From positions 124,001 to 188,000 of the forward strand of contig MU004201.1 of NCBI GenBank assembly GCA_010093605.1: a stretch of DNA of 64,000 nt, written 5' to 3'. The position numbers were made by a program, and so were the translations under genes. This document shows, piece by piece, positions 50,262 through 61,971 of the stretch. The first letter of the stretch is position 1. The number at the start of each line of letters is the position of its first letter. The notes below the pieces were generated by a model that was not told where the DNA came from, did no database searches, and saw only the letters and a list, made by a program, of their open reading frames with translations. The DNA is from Lophium mytilinum (lineage: Eukaryota).

Positions 50262-51659
50262 TATTAGGCCTTATAAGACCTTTCCCTTAATTTGTAGCAG
50301 GACGGGCACGTAGGTTACGTGCCCTTACGCTTCTTAGCACGCTAGCGCGTTAGCGCGCGCATAGCAGCGTACTTTAAGCTGCTGCGCTTGCGTCTCTTTT
50401 CTCTCTTTATCTTATAACTTCTATAGTATAGTAATAGAAATCTTATCTTTCTCTATTTAGCCTATGAGTTTATATACGTTGTAAGACCTTCCTTACTATT
50501 TACTATCCTTAAGAGGACTAGTACACTATACCGGAAAATAACTATTTTTACTAGAATAGCCTATACCTGCTTCTGCAGGTTGTTATTACTATAATAGACC
50601 TAGATTAGCCCGCTAAGTTCTCTAAAACGCGCTGCGTTTTAATAGGTAACCTTAAGAATACTGGAGCTTTAAGCTTAACCTAGAAAGCTATAGAAGCGCT
50701 AGGTAAGATGCCGGCCTCTAGTAGAGTACTAAGCTCTAACTAGAACCTAGCTAAAGCTCCTAGCTCTACCCTAGATACTAAAGAAGACCCTACCTGTCTT
50801 AAGGAGATCTCCTACTACCTTAGCGACCTCTAGGGGCCGCTACTGCCCTCTATAACTAGAGTCTAATAAGACTATATTAGTAAGGACCTAGCTCTACTAC
50901 GCAGTAGGAGGGTATAAGAAGATTTAGAGGAAGAGGGAGAGGTAGTAGAACTTACTATTATTATAGCTAAAGATTACTAATAGTATAAGTTTCCTATAAT
51001 GCGCTATTAGTTATAGAATTATAGAAAAAAGTTTAAGCTTAGTACTAACCTTATTAGTAAGCTTAAGAATGCACTAGAGGCTGCGTAAGCTAAATTCTTT
51101 AAAGACGTAGTCGCGCTTATCTTTAAGGAGCTAGGTAATGTTAACCCTAACTTTAAGCTTAAATCTAAAAAGATTTCCGAGCTCTGCGCAGCTACTATAA
51201 TTAATAAGATAGTCGCCTATATTAAGAAGAACCCTAGCGTTATAAAAATAATACTATATAGCCTCTTTCTATTTAGCTACATATTCTATAATAACCTAGA
51301 AGGAGCGCGGCTCCTTAAGAAGAAGGAGCTCTAGATTAGGTATCTTTACTATAACTACAGAGCACTCTAGTTTAAATAGGCTAGTATCTTAGATATAGTC
51401 CTAGAACTAGAGGATATAGAGCGCAAGAATAAGCGCATAATGTAAGAAGAGAAGTAGGTTACTAATAACTGCATCTCTAAGCTATAAGAGCGGATTTAAA
51501 AGCTAGTAAGTAACTATATAGAGGAATTAGCTACACGTATAGTAGAGATAGTAGGATAGGTAAAGATAACTGCTAAGGCGCGTATTTAAGAATAGAAGAA
51601 TGCACATAATAACCTAGCAGCCGAGAGTAGTACTCTAGCTGCTAAGATACTTACTATTA

Positions 51660-53015
51660 CAGTACTTAGACTTAAGTCTTATCCGATGAACCGTGCGCAC
51701 CCCACTAAAATCGCGTCGCGTTAGGAACGCGTTCTATTTACCTCTACACCACACTATAATAACACGCTCTTTTTAAACTCCAATTAATAGGAATATAAGA
51801 GGGAATAGCAAGCTTTTATCTTAATAGCGCATAGCTATTATCGCTAAGGACTAAGAGTGTATTTCTAATAAGGATTTAGCAGCTAAATTTAGCTGCAACG
51901 TGCGCATAATCTATACCACAATTAAACGGTTTAAAGAATATAACACCACGGATTCCTTACTACGCTCTAGGCCCCTAGAGGTTCTCACACGTTGTAAAAA
52001 GCGGGATATTATTCGAATTGTAAGAAAAGCTCCAAAATTAGAGTATTCCTAGATTATTAAAGAGGCAGACCTAAATGCCCGCCTGAATCGGAAGCACCCT
52101 ATTTCTAAGAAGACCATCTAACGCTACCTTGGAGAGAATGGCCTGCATAAGCGCAGGTGTGCTAAGAGGCTATTACTAAAGCCTAAGCATGCTATAATTC
52201 GCCGCTAATTCGCTTAGGATTATAAGAATTTTAACTGGGAAGGCACTTAGGGTTAAGTTTATGGATGAGTGCTCCGTGCAGAGGGGCTCCAGGTAGTAGG
52301 CAGAGTGGTGCTTCCGCTATTCTTATAAGAAATACCACCTAGAGATTATTATAGAGAAAGAGAAGTCTAACAGGATGTTATAGATAGTGTGGGCAGCTAT
52401 TTAGGTAATACTAGATAGCTATGCCGGCCGGTCGCCATTAATCATCATGGAACGGGATTGGGAGGCCAAAAAGATGGGCTATTCGGGCAGAAGCTATACT
52501 AAGACATTAGAGGATGGCCTCTTAGAACAATACTAGCCAGGGGAGATATTTATGCATAATAATGCCCCCATTCACAACTCTAAATGGACCCGTAAGTTTT
52601 TAGAATCTTACAGGATTTGGACCATGGAATAGCCCCCCTATTTACTGGACCTTAACCCTATTAAGCACATGTAGTGGGCGCTTAAGAAGATAGTTTATAA
52701 GCTGCATCTAGAATTATTAATAATGGGCTAAGTAGATGCTAATTGGAAAGCGCTATAGGCGGCCATTAAGAAGGCATGGCTGGCGCTGCCTAATTTACTA
52801 ATTTTGTCACTTGTTCGGAGCATGCTAAATCGGGTGGAAGCTCTTAGAATATCTAAGGGCTGGCAAACTAAGTATTAGCATATGGCCATTAAAACACTAT
52901 GAAATTATATTACTAGGCCTCACAGCCGTGTTATACTATTGAAGTAATGACACCGAGTTCCTGTTAATTTTCATGGCCGTGCGCGGGCTCGGATTAAACT
53001 TAAGTCCACCGACTG
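51660..53015 (+). mobile_element. Tc1/mariner (DD34E) subfamily 1, full length, inserted in Gypsy E gag
   Basis: CAGTACTTAGACTTAAGT...ACTTAAGTCCACCGACTG with TA flanks. Near-identical to 9946-11300. Confidence 0.94.
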
Positions 53016-56000
53016 TACTGCGGAAAATAAGGCCCTATCTAGAGAAGTTTAAGAGCTTAAAGTAAAGTAATACCGGGTATATATCTAGAAGTCTCTAGAT
53101 GGCCTCTAGGACCTCCGCGCACCTCCTTCCTATTAGTTAACGCTAGGATTAGCTCCCCTCCGTACTTCTTTTATTTAAGAAGCCTCTGCTGCTTCTATAG
53201 TAGCCTCTACTATATTAGACCGCGGTAGATCTACCTACCTTAGAGAACTAGAAGCTAGGTGCAAAAGCTTTACCCCTATTAGCTATATTAAGAGCTTTAG
53301 TAAGCTGGAGAAATTTAAGGGTAACGCTCCCCTTCTATAGCTATAGACCGAAGGAATCCTTACCTAGATAGAAAATAAGGCTAAGGACTTTGCGCACGTA
53401 AATTAGAAGACTCTAGCTATAGTAGTAGCCGCTAAACTAGAAGGGAACCTAGCTACGCTAGTATAGTAGCGCAATATAGATTCTAGGACTGCCTTCTAAA
53501 CTCTCTTTAAACTGTTCTTCTTCCTGTATAAGACGTTTAGTATTAAGAATACCTATATATACTATAAGACAGTATATAATAGCCTTACCTAGAAAGCCTA
53601 AGAAGATACTCTCCTGCAGTTCTATTCTATTAAAGCTGCCGTTAAGACTGTTGCTAGCTAGCTAGAATAGAGCCCCTAGATAATAATTAAGAAGATAATA
53701 GCTAAGCTGCCTAAGTAGGCTGCTAATGCTTCTCCTAACCTTATATATAATAATAATAGCTTTAATAAGTTTACTAGCGCTACAGAAGGGTACCTTACTA
53801 AGAACTAAAGTAAGTAATAGATTCTAGGATAGGGAAATAGGTCTACTACCTTCTGTTCCCGTTAAACTACTACTTAGACTACTACGGCTCCGTTTAAAGC
53901 ACCTTAGACTACTACGTCTAGTAGTACTGCTTATGCTGCTAGTAGAAACGGCTGGCGTAACTCTACTTACAAGGATACTAAGCTATCTAACGCTTAGAAG
54001 GCCCGCTATAACTGTCTCTACGCTACCTAGAAGTGTTTTAAGTGCAAACAGCTAGAACACCGTGCTATTAACTGCCCTCACGCTGCTACCGGCGTTAACG
54101 CAGTTAGCGGCGCTATAGAGAACGCTACAGCTAACACTAGAACCGTCTAGGAGATTAAAGTTATTAATACCCCTAATAATAACTCTATCTCTAGTTCTAA
54201 TAGCTCTAGTAGCTTAGGAAACTAGATACCCTTAATAGTAGACGCCTCTAAGGGCCACAAGTTTACAAGAGTTAGAAGGAAGATTAACAGTATTTCTAGA
54301 ACCTACTAGATAGATAGGGAACTATTTAAAAGGACAAAACTATTCTTCTTAGAAAAGTAGAAACCCTAGATTATTAAGTAGCATTAATATAAGCTTTCCT
54401 AGATTGCAGATCCTTCTACAACTTTATCTTATATAAACTAGCGCATAGACTAAACATAAATATCTAACTATTAAAAAAGAAGAAGAAAGTACACTCCTAC
54501 TAAGGCGTAGATGGGCCTAAGGAGTAGATTACTAAGTACGCAGAGTTCCCTTTGCAGCTAGGAGACCACCTTAAAACTATCTATTGCTATATTATATATA
54601 GCTGCGGACGTTACAAGCTTATCTTAGGCTACTAATAGTTTAAGACTTATAACTGCGCGTTAAGAGTAGGATAGGGGAAGGTCTTCTTTAATAGTAAAGA
54701 CTATCTTAAGCATTATAATAGTACTAATAAGAAGATTACTATTAAAGCTCTACCTACTACGCTATCTCTAGGTGCGCATAGAGTTTAAACTAACTTACTA
54801 CTATATCCTAGACGTATTTTAGAGAACTCCTTAGTACTAGTACCTAAGAAGGAATAAGTAAGGCTACGGAAAGCTTTTAAGCAGCACCTTTCTACCTCCT
54901 TAGTACTAGACGCTACTATAAACAGCATTAAGATTAAGTACTATACCGGACTAATAATTAAGCGCTATGCGCGCTAGAAGAAATATAGAAAGACTACTAA
55001 AACCTATCTCTTTACCCGCGATATAATGCCCGAAGTATCTATTAACGGGATTAAGGTTAGCAAGATTATAGAAGAAGACTTTTGCGCCTTTATAAACCCT
55101 AAGAAGGACGTAGCTATTAAAAGCAAGATGCTAGAGCTATATAGCGCTTAGAAAAGCCTTTAATACCGCCCTTCTGCCGACGTTCTTCTAGCGCACTCCC
55201 CTGGGAACCACGATATTAAGATTAAGGAAGGAGCTAAGGTTCCAGCCCGGAAGCCCTATTCTACGTCCTACTTAAAGCTAGAAGCCGTCTAATAGTATAT
55301 CTCTAAGATAACAGCAAAAGGATTTATTAAACCAGCTTAAGGAGACGTTAGCTTACCCCTTCTTATTATTTAAAAGCCCGGAAAAGGCCTACGCATCTAT
55401 ATTAACTACCGGGACGTTAACAATGCCACTATTAAGAATAGGTACCCTATCCCGCTAATTTAAGAGACCCTAGCTAGGCTATTAAAAGCTAAGAACTTTA
55501 CTAAGATTAATATTATTACTGCTTTTAACCGGGTATAAATAAAGCCTGGAACTGAGTAGATAACAGCCTTCTTAACGCGGTACGGAACCTATTAATACTA
55601 AGTAATGCCCTTCGGCCTCTGCAATGCCCCTGCTACCTTTTAATAATTTATTAATACAGCTTTCTATAAGTATCTTAATAAGTATATTACAGCCTACCTT
55701 AATAATATTCTCGTCTATAGCAACAGCGTAGAAGAGCATTAAGAATACGTTAAAGCGGTCCTAACTAGGCTGCAAGAAAAGGGCCTCTACGCTAATATTA
55801 ATAAGAGTAAGTTCCACGTTATAGAAGTAAAGTTTCTCGGTCTTATTATCTCTACGGATGGGATAAAGATAGACCCCGTAAAGCTAGAAGCTATCCGTAA
55901 TTAGCAGCTCCTTTAGATAGTAACAGGAGTTCTAGAATTCCTAGGTTTTACTAGATTCTATTAACGGTTTATTGCCAGATACTTATTAATAGCCCGCCCC

Positions 56001-56303
56001 CTTACCAACTTAGTAAAAGGAACCGGATACTTAAAAGGGAAGCTAACTAAGGTTATTATTACTCTAGAATTTAAAGCTACTTTCTAAAAGCTAAAGGACG
56101 CCTTTAAAGGAAATTAAATCCTTATACCTTTTAACTCTAATAAGATAATATACGTCTTCTATAATAGCTTAGAATAGGCTATAGAAGGAACACTAAAGTA
56201 GAAGGGGGCTAATAGTATTCTATACCCTGTAGCCTTCTTCTTTAAGAAGCATAGCCCTGTAGAGTCTAACTACAACATCTATAATTAAGAACTAATAGCT
56301 ATT

Positions 56304-56524
56304 TATTACGGTGTAATACAGGATCGTAATAGAAAACTAGATAGTATTAAGTATACAACAAAGTAGCTATAAGGAGAGAGAGTAGGGCGCGGAGCGCCGG
56401 CCGAGAGGTAGGCGAGGCTGGCGCTAAGCGAGGTTATGTAACGGTGGCACGTGATAGAGGCCATGTAACGCCGTTGCTTGTAATAGGAACGTATCGCGAT
56501 AAGGGTCGCGTTACGGCTATAACA
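56304..56524 (-). mobile_element. Solo LTR of Gypsy family C in Gypsy E RNase H, TSD CTATT
   Basis: CTATT at 56299-56303 and 56525-56529. Removing it restores ELIAIV.AF. Same LTR as 59114-59334. Confidence 0.92.
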
Positions 56525-59052
56525 CTATTGTTTAAGCTTTTAAGGAGTTCCGGCTGGAACTTATAAGTATTAACCCTTAGAATCCTATTCAAGTTATTAC
56601 TAACTATAAGAACCTAGAGTCTTTTATAACTACTAAGCAGCTTAGCCGCCGGCAGGCTAGATAGAGCCTATTTCTTTCCTAGTTTAACTTTAAGATTGTC
56701 TATTAACCTGGGAAGAATAACGTTAAAGCTAATGCTCTTTCCCGGAGGAAATTAGATATGCTAGTAGGCGCGGATAATAGTAGGCTTACGGTAAACTATT
56801 AGGTTATCCTTAAGCCATATAATCTAGCTAAAGAAATAAAGCTGTTTGCGCCTAAGGAAGCTGTTATTACTATACTTACTGCACTTTCCCTTAGTATTAA
56901 AGACGATTAGCTAGACGACTATATTACTAATAATACTATTAACACCGTACGCCTCTGTTTAATAGAAGAAGGGGATAATAATAAGGAGGATAACTCTAAA
57001 GAGAGCATTAATCAAGAACCTACCTTAGTAGAACCCCTGGAACTAGATAGACCGCCTATAGTAGAGCTAATAGCTACTACCTACGCAGAAGATAAGATCT
57101 CTAAGGAGATCTTCCGCATACTAGAGGACCCTACGGGCTCCCAACGCCGCATGCCTAAGCACTTGCTTAAAGCTAGATACTAATTCTCTCTAGCTAACTA
57201 TGCTATCTAAGGATTACAGACTAATATAGTCGATAACCGTTAACTTCTAGTTAATAGAAGGGTCTTTATTCCTAATAATAAGCCCCTATAACGCCGACTA
57301 TATATAGAATAGCATAATTACCCTACTATAGGACATAAGGGATATAAGCGCACGCACTTTACTCTTATCTAGCACTACTACTAGCTATAGTAAAGGAAAT
57401 TAACTAGTTCTATAATAACTATACTATCTGCTGCCGTTCTAAGTACTCTAGAGATAAGAAACACGGTTTCTTAAGGCCCCTACCTATCCCGATTAAGTGC
57501 TGGCAGCATCTTAGTGTTAATTATATTATTGCCCTGCCTAAATACATCTATAGAGGCATTACGTATAAGTATATTATAGTAGTCTATAATAGACTAACTA
57601 AACGCCGCTACTTTATCCCTATAGATAGCCTTAGCTCTAAGGCTCTTATATAAGCTTTCCTTTCTATCTTTACATTATATAGAATCTCCTAGTCTATCCT
57701 CTCTAATAGAGGAAGTAACTTTATCTCTAAGTTCTAGAGACGGCTCTGCCGACGCCTAGGAATCTCTCTTAAGATGTCTACCGCCTTCCATCCGGAAATA
57801 GATAGTTAAACTGAACATTCTAACTAAGAACTTAAAGAATATCTTTAGAAATACATTAATTACGCATAAGAGGACTAGGTAGACTGGCTATTTATTATAG
57901 AATTCTAAGTAAATAATACTACTAACGCCTCTACTAGCATAACGCCCTTCTTTATAGATACTAGCTACCACCCTTACACCGGCCTTAAGCTAGCTACCGC
58001 TGTTAATCTAGATTTAAATAGTAGAGGCAAGGAAGAAATATAAATTGCTAATAATATTGCTACGTCTATAGAGAATCTTACTTAAGTTCTTTAAGAGAAC
58101 CTAGCTTAGGCTTAGGAATAATAAGCTGAGCACGCTAATACACACTAAGCGGACGCTCCACTATTTAAGATAGGAGACCTAGTCTATGTTAATACTAGAA
58201 ACTAGAAAATAAAATAACTAGCTAAGAAACTTAACAATAAGTACGCTGGCCCTTAGCCTGTTACCCGTATTATACTAGGAAGTAAAGCTATATAAGTATA
58301 GCTTCCTAATTACCTTAAGGTAGAAGAAATATTTAATGTCTTCCACTCTAACCTTCTACGCTTGTACGAGCCCAACCCTATTCTATTATAGACTCGACCT
58401 AAACCACAACCTATCTATCTAATTTAGGATGAAGAAATAAAGACGTAAAAAGAAGAGTACTTTGTAGATAAGATTATAGATAGCTACTATATTAGACAAG
58501 AAGTTTAATATAAGATTAAGTAGGTAGATAATTCTAAGTACTACTAGAAGCCTTCTAAGACGTAGATTAACTACTATAACGCTTAGTTATCCTACTAGAA
58601 GTACCCGCGTAAGCCCCGCCCGTCTATCTAAGTTCTACTACCCAGTTAGACACCCTAGAAGAAGAATAAAATAATATTTATAGTGTTAGTAGTATATAGC
58701 TAGCTAGATTAAGCCGGAGAAACGCTTATATAGTTAATTTAGTTTATAACCTTCTTTTCTTAGCTACTTCTTATAGGAGCTCGGACCTAAAGGGAAGAAG
58801 GGTAGTATTAGGCCTTGCAAGGCCGTTTCCTTTATTCGTTGCAGGACGGGCACGTAGGTCACGTGCCCTTGCGCCTCTTGGCACGCTAGCGCGTTAGCGC
58901 GTTAGCGCGTTAGCACGTTAGCGCGTTAGTGCGCGCACAGCAGCGTATTTCTAGCTACTGCGCTTGCGTCTCTTTTCTCTCTTTATCTTATAACTTCTAT
59001 AGTATAGTAATAGAAACCTTACCTTTCTCTATACAGCCTATAAGTCCTTATA

Positions 59053-59334
59053 GGTAGGTAGGTAAAAAGAGTGCTTCTAATATCTTCTAGAAGCTAGAAG
59101 GATAGCTACTTTATATTATAGTGTAATACAGGATTATAATAGAAAACTAGATAGTATTAAGTATATAATAAAGTAGCTACAAGGAGAGAGAGTAGGGCGC
59201 GGAGCGCCGGCCGAGAGGTAGGCGAGGCTGGCGCTAAGCGAGGTTAGGTGATAGTGGCACGTAATAGAAGCCACGTAACGTTATTACCTATAATAGGAAC
59301 GTATTGCAATAAGGGTTGCGTTACAGCTATAATA
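59053..59334 (-). mobile_element. Gypsy family C 5' LTR (59114-59334) with short leader stub
   Basis: Matches 56304-56524. The leader matches 6180-6243. Confidence 0.88.
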
Positions 59335-60344
59335 TAAAATATAAAGACCTAAATTCTTTTATTATAGATGTTAACTTCGATTCTAGATCACTAGTAGTAA
59401 TATTTGTACCACCCATCGTATTACAGTGTTCAATAATAAGTCTATGTTTTAAGATATCTAACTAATCTTATAAGATGTCTATACATAATTTATAATAAAA
59501 ATTTTCTTTTTTAGTTATGTCCTATATATATCTATATACTTTAGGTGCACTACCCTTAAATTTATCTTTTAAATCTTAACTTATTATAATAAAATAATTG
59601 ATTTACTTTTTGTATTAAAAATTATAAGCTTGTTTAAAATTACTACTAAGTGTCTAATTATTATACTATATATATGCTTTTATTAATATAATATGCTTAC
59701 TAATTGCTTTATATAATATGCTTACTAATTGCTTTATATAGATTATACTTATAGAATAATTTATAAGTATCTAATACTGTATGTGTATTAAATAGACGTA
59801 TTCTATAGGGTATTGCTGTATTTATTTATTATTAGTTAAGATAGATATTACTATAGCTAATTCATCCCCGTTGGGTCCATTATTACCAGGCATCCCGCTT
59901 TCAAAATTATATAAGTTTAAATCTTTTAAGATATCATTTAAGCTATCAATAAAATCTGAAAAAGAATGAACTTCTACGTTATAACAGAATAAGAATAAAT
60001 ATAATAGTAATTTTAAGTCCAATACATTAAAAAATTCAGGTATTAATCTTCAAAAAAGAAGTATTATTCCTAATCTAATTAAAGTACTACATATAAAATT
60101 TAACTTAGACTTACTAAATATAAATATAAAGAAATAAGATAAAAGAGCTAAAAATATTAAAACGTATACTGTAGAGTTCCCAGGCATATAGTGATAATAA
60201 TTTATTACTCCTACTATACTTCTGGCTATTACACTGAAAACAAGTAGACGACCTAGCTTAAACCTAGGGATAACATAATGCTAGCAGTATAAAACTTAAA
60301 AAAAAGATAGTCTGTATGCATAGTGTAGGATTACCTACACCTAT

Positions 60345-60749
60345 TGCTAGAAAAATTAAAATAGAGATTTTTAGTATTATTGCTATAAATGTTATTACTA
60401 TTATAGGTATAGTATTATAGATATTAGGACTTTAAAAGTGAAATGGTGCAGCTAATACCCTAAATAAAAACCCTATAGAGATTATTACTAAACTTATATT
60501 AATATAATAAGGTTTATATTATAATAAAATATTACCCGTACTATCCTTAATGTCTAATATAGTATCTAGACTATTCTTTAGTATACTATTTATAATATAG
60601 AGATTATCTAGGTTAGTTGTACCTAAGTTAGCATATAATAAACTAGTACTTAATAGTATAAAACAGAATAATAATCCACCTAATAAAAAATATATTAAAC
60701 CCCCTAAGGTTGCAGATTCAGAATTTCTATATATTGTGGACAGTAAATA
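60345..60749 (-). pseudogene. nad2: Internal fragment of mitochondrial NADH dehydrogenase subunit 2
   Basis: [26 protein letters not shown]...[12 protein letters not shown], then [42 protein letters not shown] (RIP form of [23 protein letters not shown]). Confidence 0.92.
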
Positions 60750-60854
60750 TACACCTAATATTAAGGCTCTAAAATCTACCCTAATTCCTACTCCTGCTCC
60801 AATTAATCCTGTTGTCGCTAATTCTGTTCCTATTATTCTTGCTGCTTGTACTAT
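60750..60854 (-). pseudogene. atp9: 5' half of mitochondrial ATP synthase subunit 9, fused in frame to the nad2 fragment
   Basis: (M>I)[34 protein letters not shown] resembles fungal Atp9 [35 protein letters not shown]. Confidence 0.9.
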
Positions 60855-61113
60855 ATTATTTCTAAATTTAAAGTAATAATATTTATGCATTATTATTGTT
60901 ATATTAATTGTTGTAGTACCAAGGTCCATATCCTAAAAATTATCCTTATTTAATTTATTACCTATTTAAATTTAATATTATATAATTTATAAAATTAATA
61001 TAGGTTTCTAAATTAATATAGATATATAAATAATTTGTATCTTACATAAGATTTAAACTTAGATTAAGATATTAAAAGTATTCTGTTCTACCTTTGAACT
61101 AGTAAGAATCCGT

Positions 61114-61198
61114 CAGAGAATATCCGATTCGAACGGATGTGGGGTTAAATCTAAATAAGTTTCAAGCTTATTACTGTAAACCTCTTAGTCAATTCTCT
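61114..61198 (-). tRNA. trnS: Mitochondrial-type tRNA-Ser(UGA) pseudogene in NUMT
   Basis: AGAGAAT/ATTCTCT acceptor stem, ATAAG-CTTGAAA-CTTAT anticodon arm, long variable arm, ATCCG-TTCGAAT-CGGAT T-arm. Confidence 0.88.
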
Positions 61199-61484
61199 TT
61201 TTTATACTTATTTATTTATTATATAAATAACATACATAAGATTATACGCTTAATATTATTTATATATGAATTTATGTTCTATAGTATTCCCTCCTAATTA
61301 CTAAAAAGTACGTGGCCGATTAATATAATAATAACACTAATACTAAAAATTAGGCAATCCGTATACTCTATACATATGCCTTTTTTAATTATGGCACTAT
61401 GTATATAATAGTATACAACCTTACTATTCTTACCTTTAGTATTAATATCTATATCTTTACATAGTTTAGTATTAATAGAACTAA

Positions 61485-61727
61485 TTAAAAACGTATAAAA
61501 TGCTTCTGTATTATATAATAATATAAATAACATGCAAGTAAAAATAGTATAATAGCATATAAGAATACTAGTCCTCTAAGCCTAGGGCTTCGGGCTATGC
61601 CTAGTATAAAGGTTTTTAAAACTAACCTAGTTACTACTCCTGCTCCTGCTCTTATTAAACCTATTACTACACTAGTTAATATAGCAAGCGCTAATTCTAT
61701 TCCTATAATTTTTGCTGCTAAAACCAT
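61485..61727 (-). pseudogene. Divergent atp9-like ORF (80 aa) with insertions and a replaced C-terminus
   Basis: MVLAAKIIG...GLIRAGAG...FILGIARSPRLRGLVFLYAI matches Atp9 up to ...RNPSLRGQLFSYAI, then diverges. Confidence 0.75.
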
Positions 61728-61778
61728 ATTATTATTAAATTAAAGTAATGACATTTATATATTATTATTGTTATATTA

Positions 61779-61849
61779 ATGCGGATAGAGAATTCGCACC
61801 TCTAATTATAGGGTATAAGCCTAGTGTGTTACTATTATATTAATCCGCA
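61779..61849 (-). tRNA. trnM: Mitochondrial-type tRNA pseudogene, probably tRNA-Met(CAU) with anticodon RIPed to TAT
   Basis: TGCGGAT/ATCCGCA acceptor stem, anticodon loop CTTATAC, T-arm AGAGG-TGCGAAT-TCTCT. The identity is inferred. Confidence 0.7.
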
Positions 61850-61874
61850 TTAATATTTATTATATAATTTAATG

Positions 61875-61945
61875 AGCCTAGTATAAAATTTACACTTACA
61901 TCCTCTAATTATAAAACGGGCGCATTACTACTATATAAACCAGGC
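61875..61945 (-). tRNA. Second mitochondrial-type tRNA pseudogene, possibly tRNA-Met (anticodon TAT after RIP)
   Basis: GCCTGGT/ACTAGGC acceptor stem with tRNA-length spacing (71 nt). The anticodon arm is degraded. Confidence 0.55.
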
Positions 61946-61971
61946 AATAGTTATATAGTTTTTTATATTTT

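Larger units (their letters stand above)
50262..59052 (+). mobile_element. Gypsy family E (LTRs 50262-50476 and 58806-59052; gag, pol, chromodomain), RIPed; no matching TSD
   Basis: Knuckle KCFKCKQLEHRAINCP (~54030), KPGKGLRIYINY, YLNNILVYS, integrase FHPEIDS, and PPT AAAGGGAAGAAGGGTAG. Confidence 0.9.
59335..61971 (-). other. Nuclear insertion of mitochondrial DNA (NUMT), RIP-mutated, flanked by LTRs
   Basis: Contains nad2 and atp9 sequence, three mitochondrial-type tRNA genes and very AT-rich spacers, all on the minus strand. Confidence 0.9.

Noticed and set aside
58801..59057. Solo LTR with GGTAG target duplication
   Set aside because: The left GGTAG is the end of the polypurine tract (same ending in families B and D), and the upstream LTR at 50262 has a PBS, so this is best read as the 3' LTR of Gypsy E. 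The match is probably chance.
59335..61971. Mis-assembled genuine mitochondrial contig or functional tRNAs
   Set aside because: RIP-type stops and anticodon changes, plus clean LTR junctions on both sides, indicate a decayed nuclear copy.
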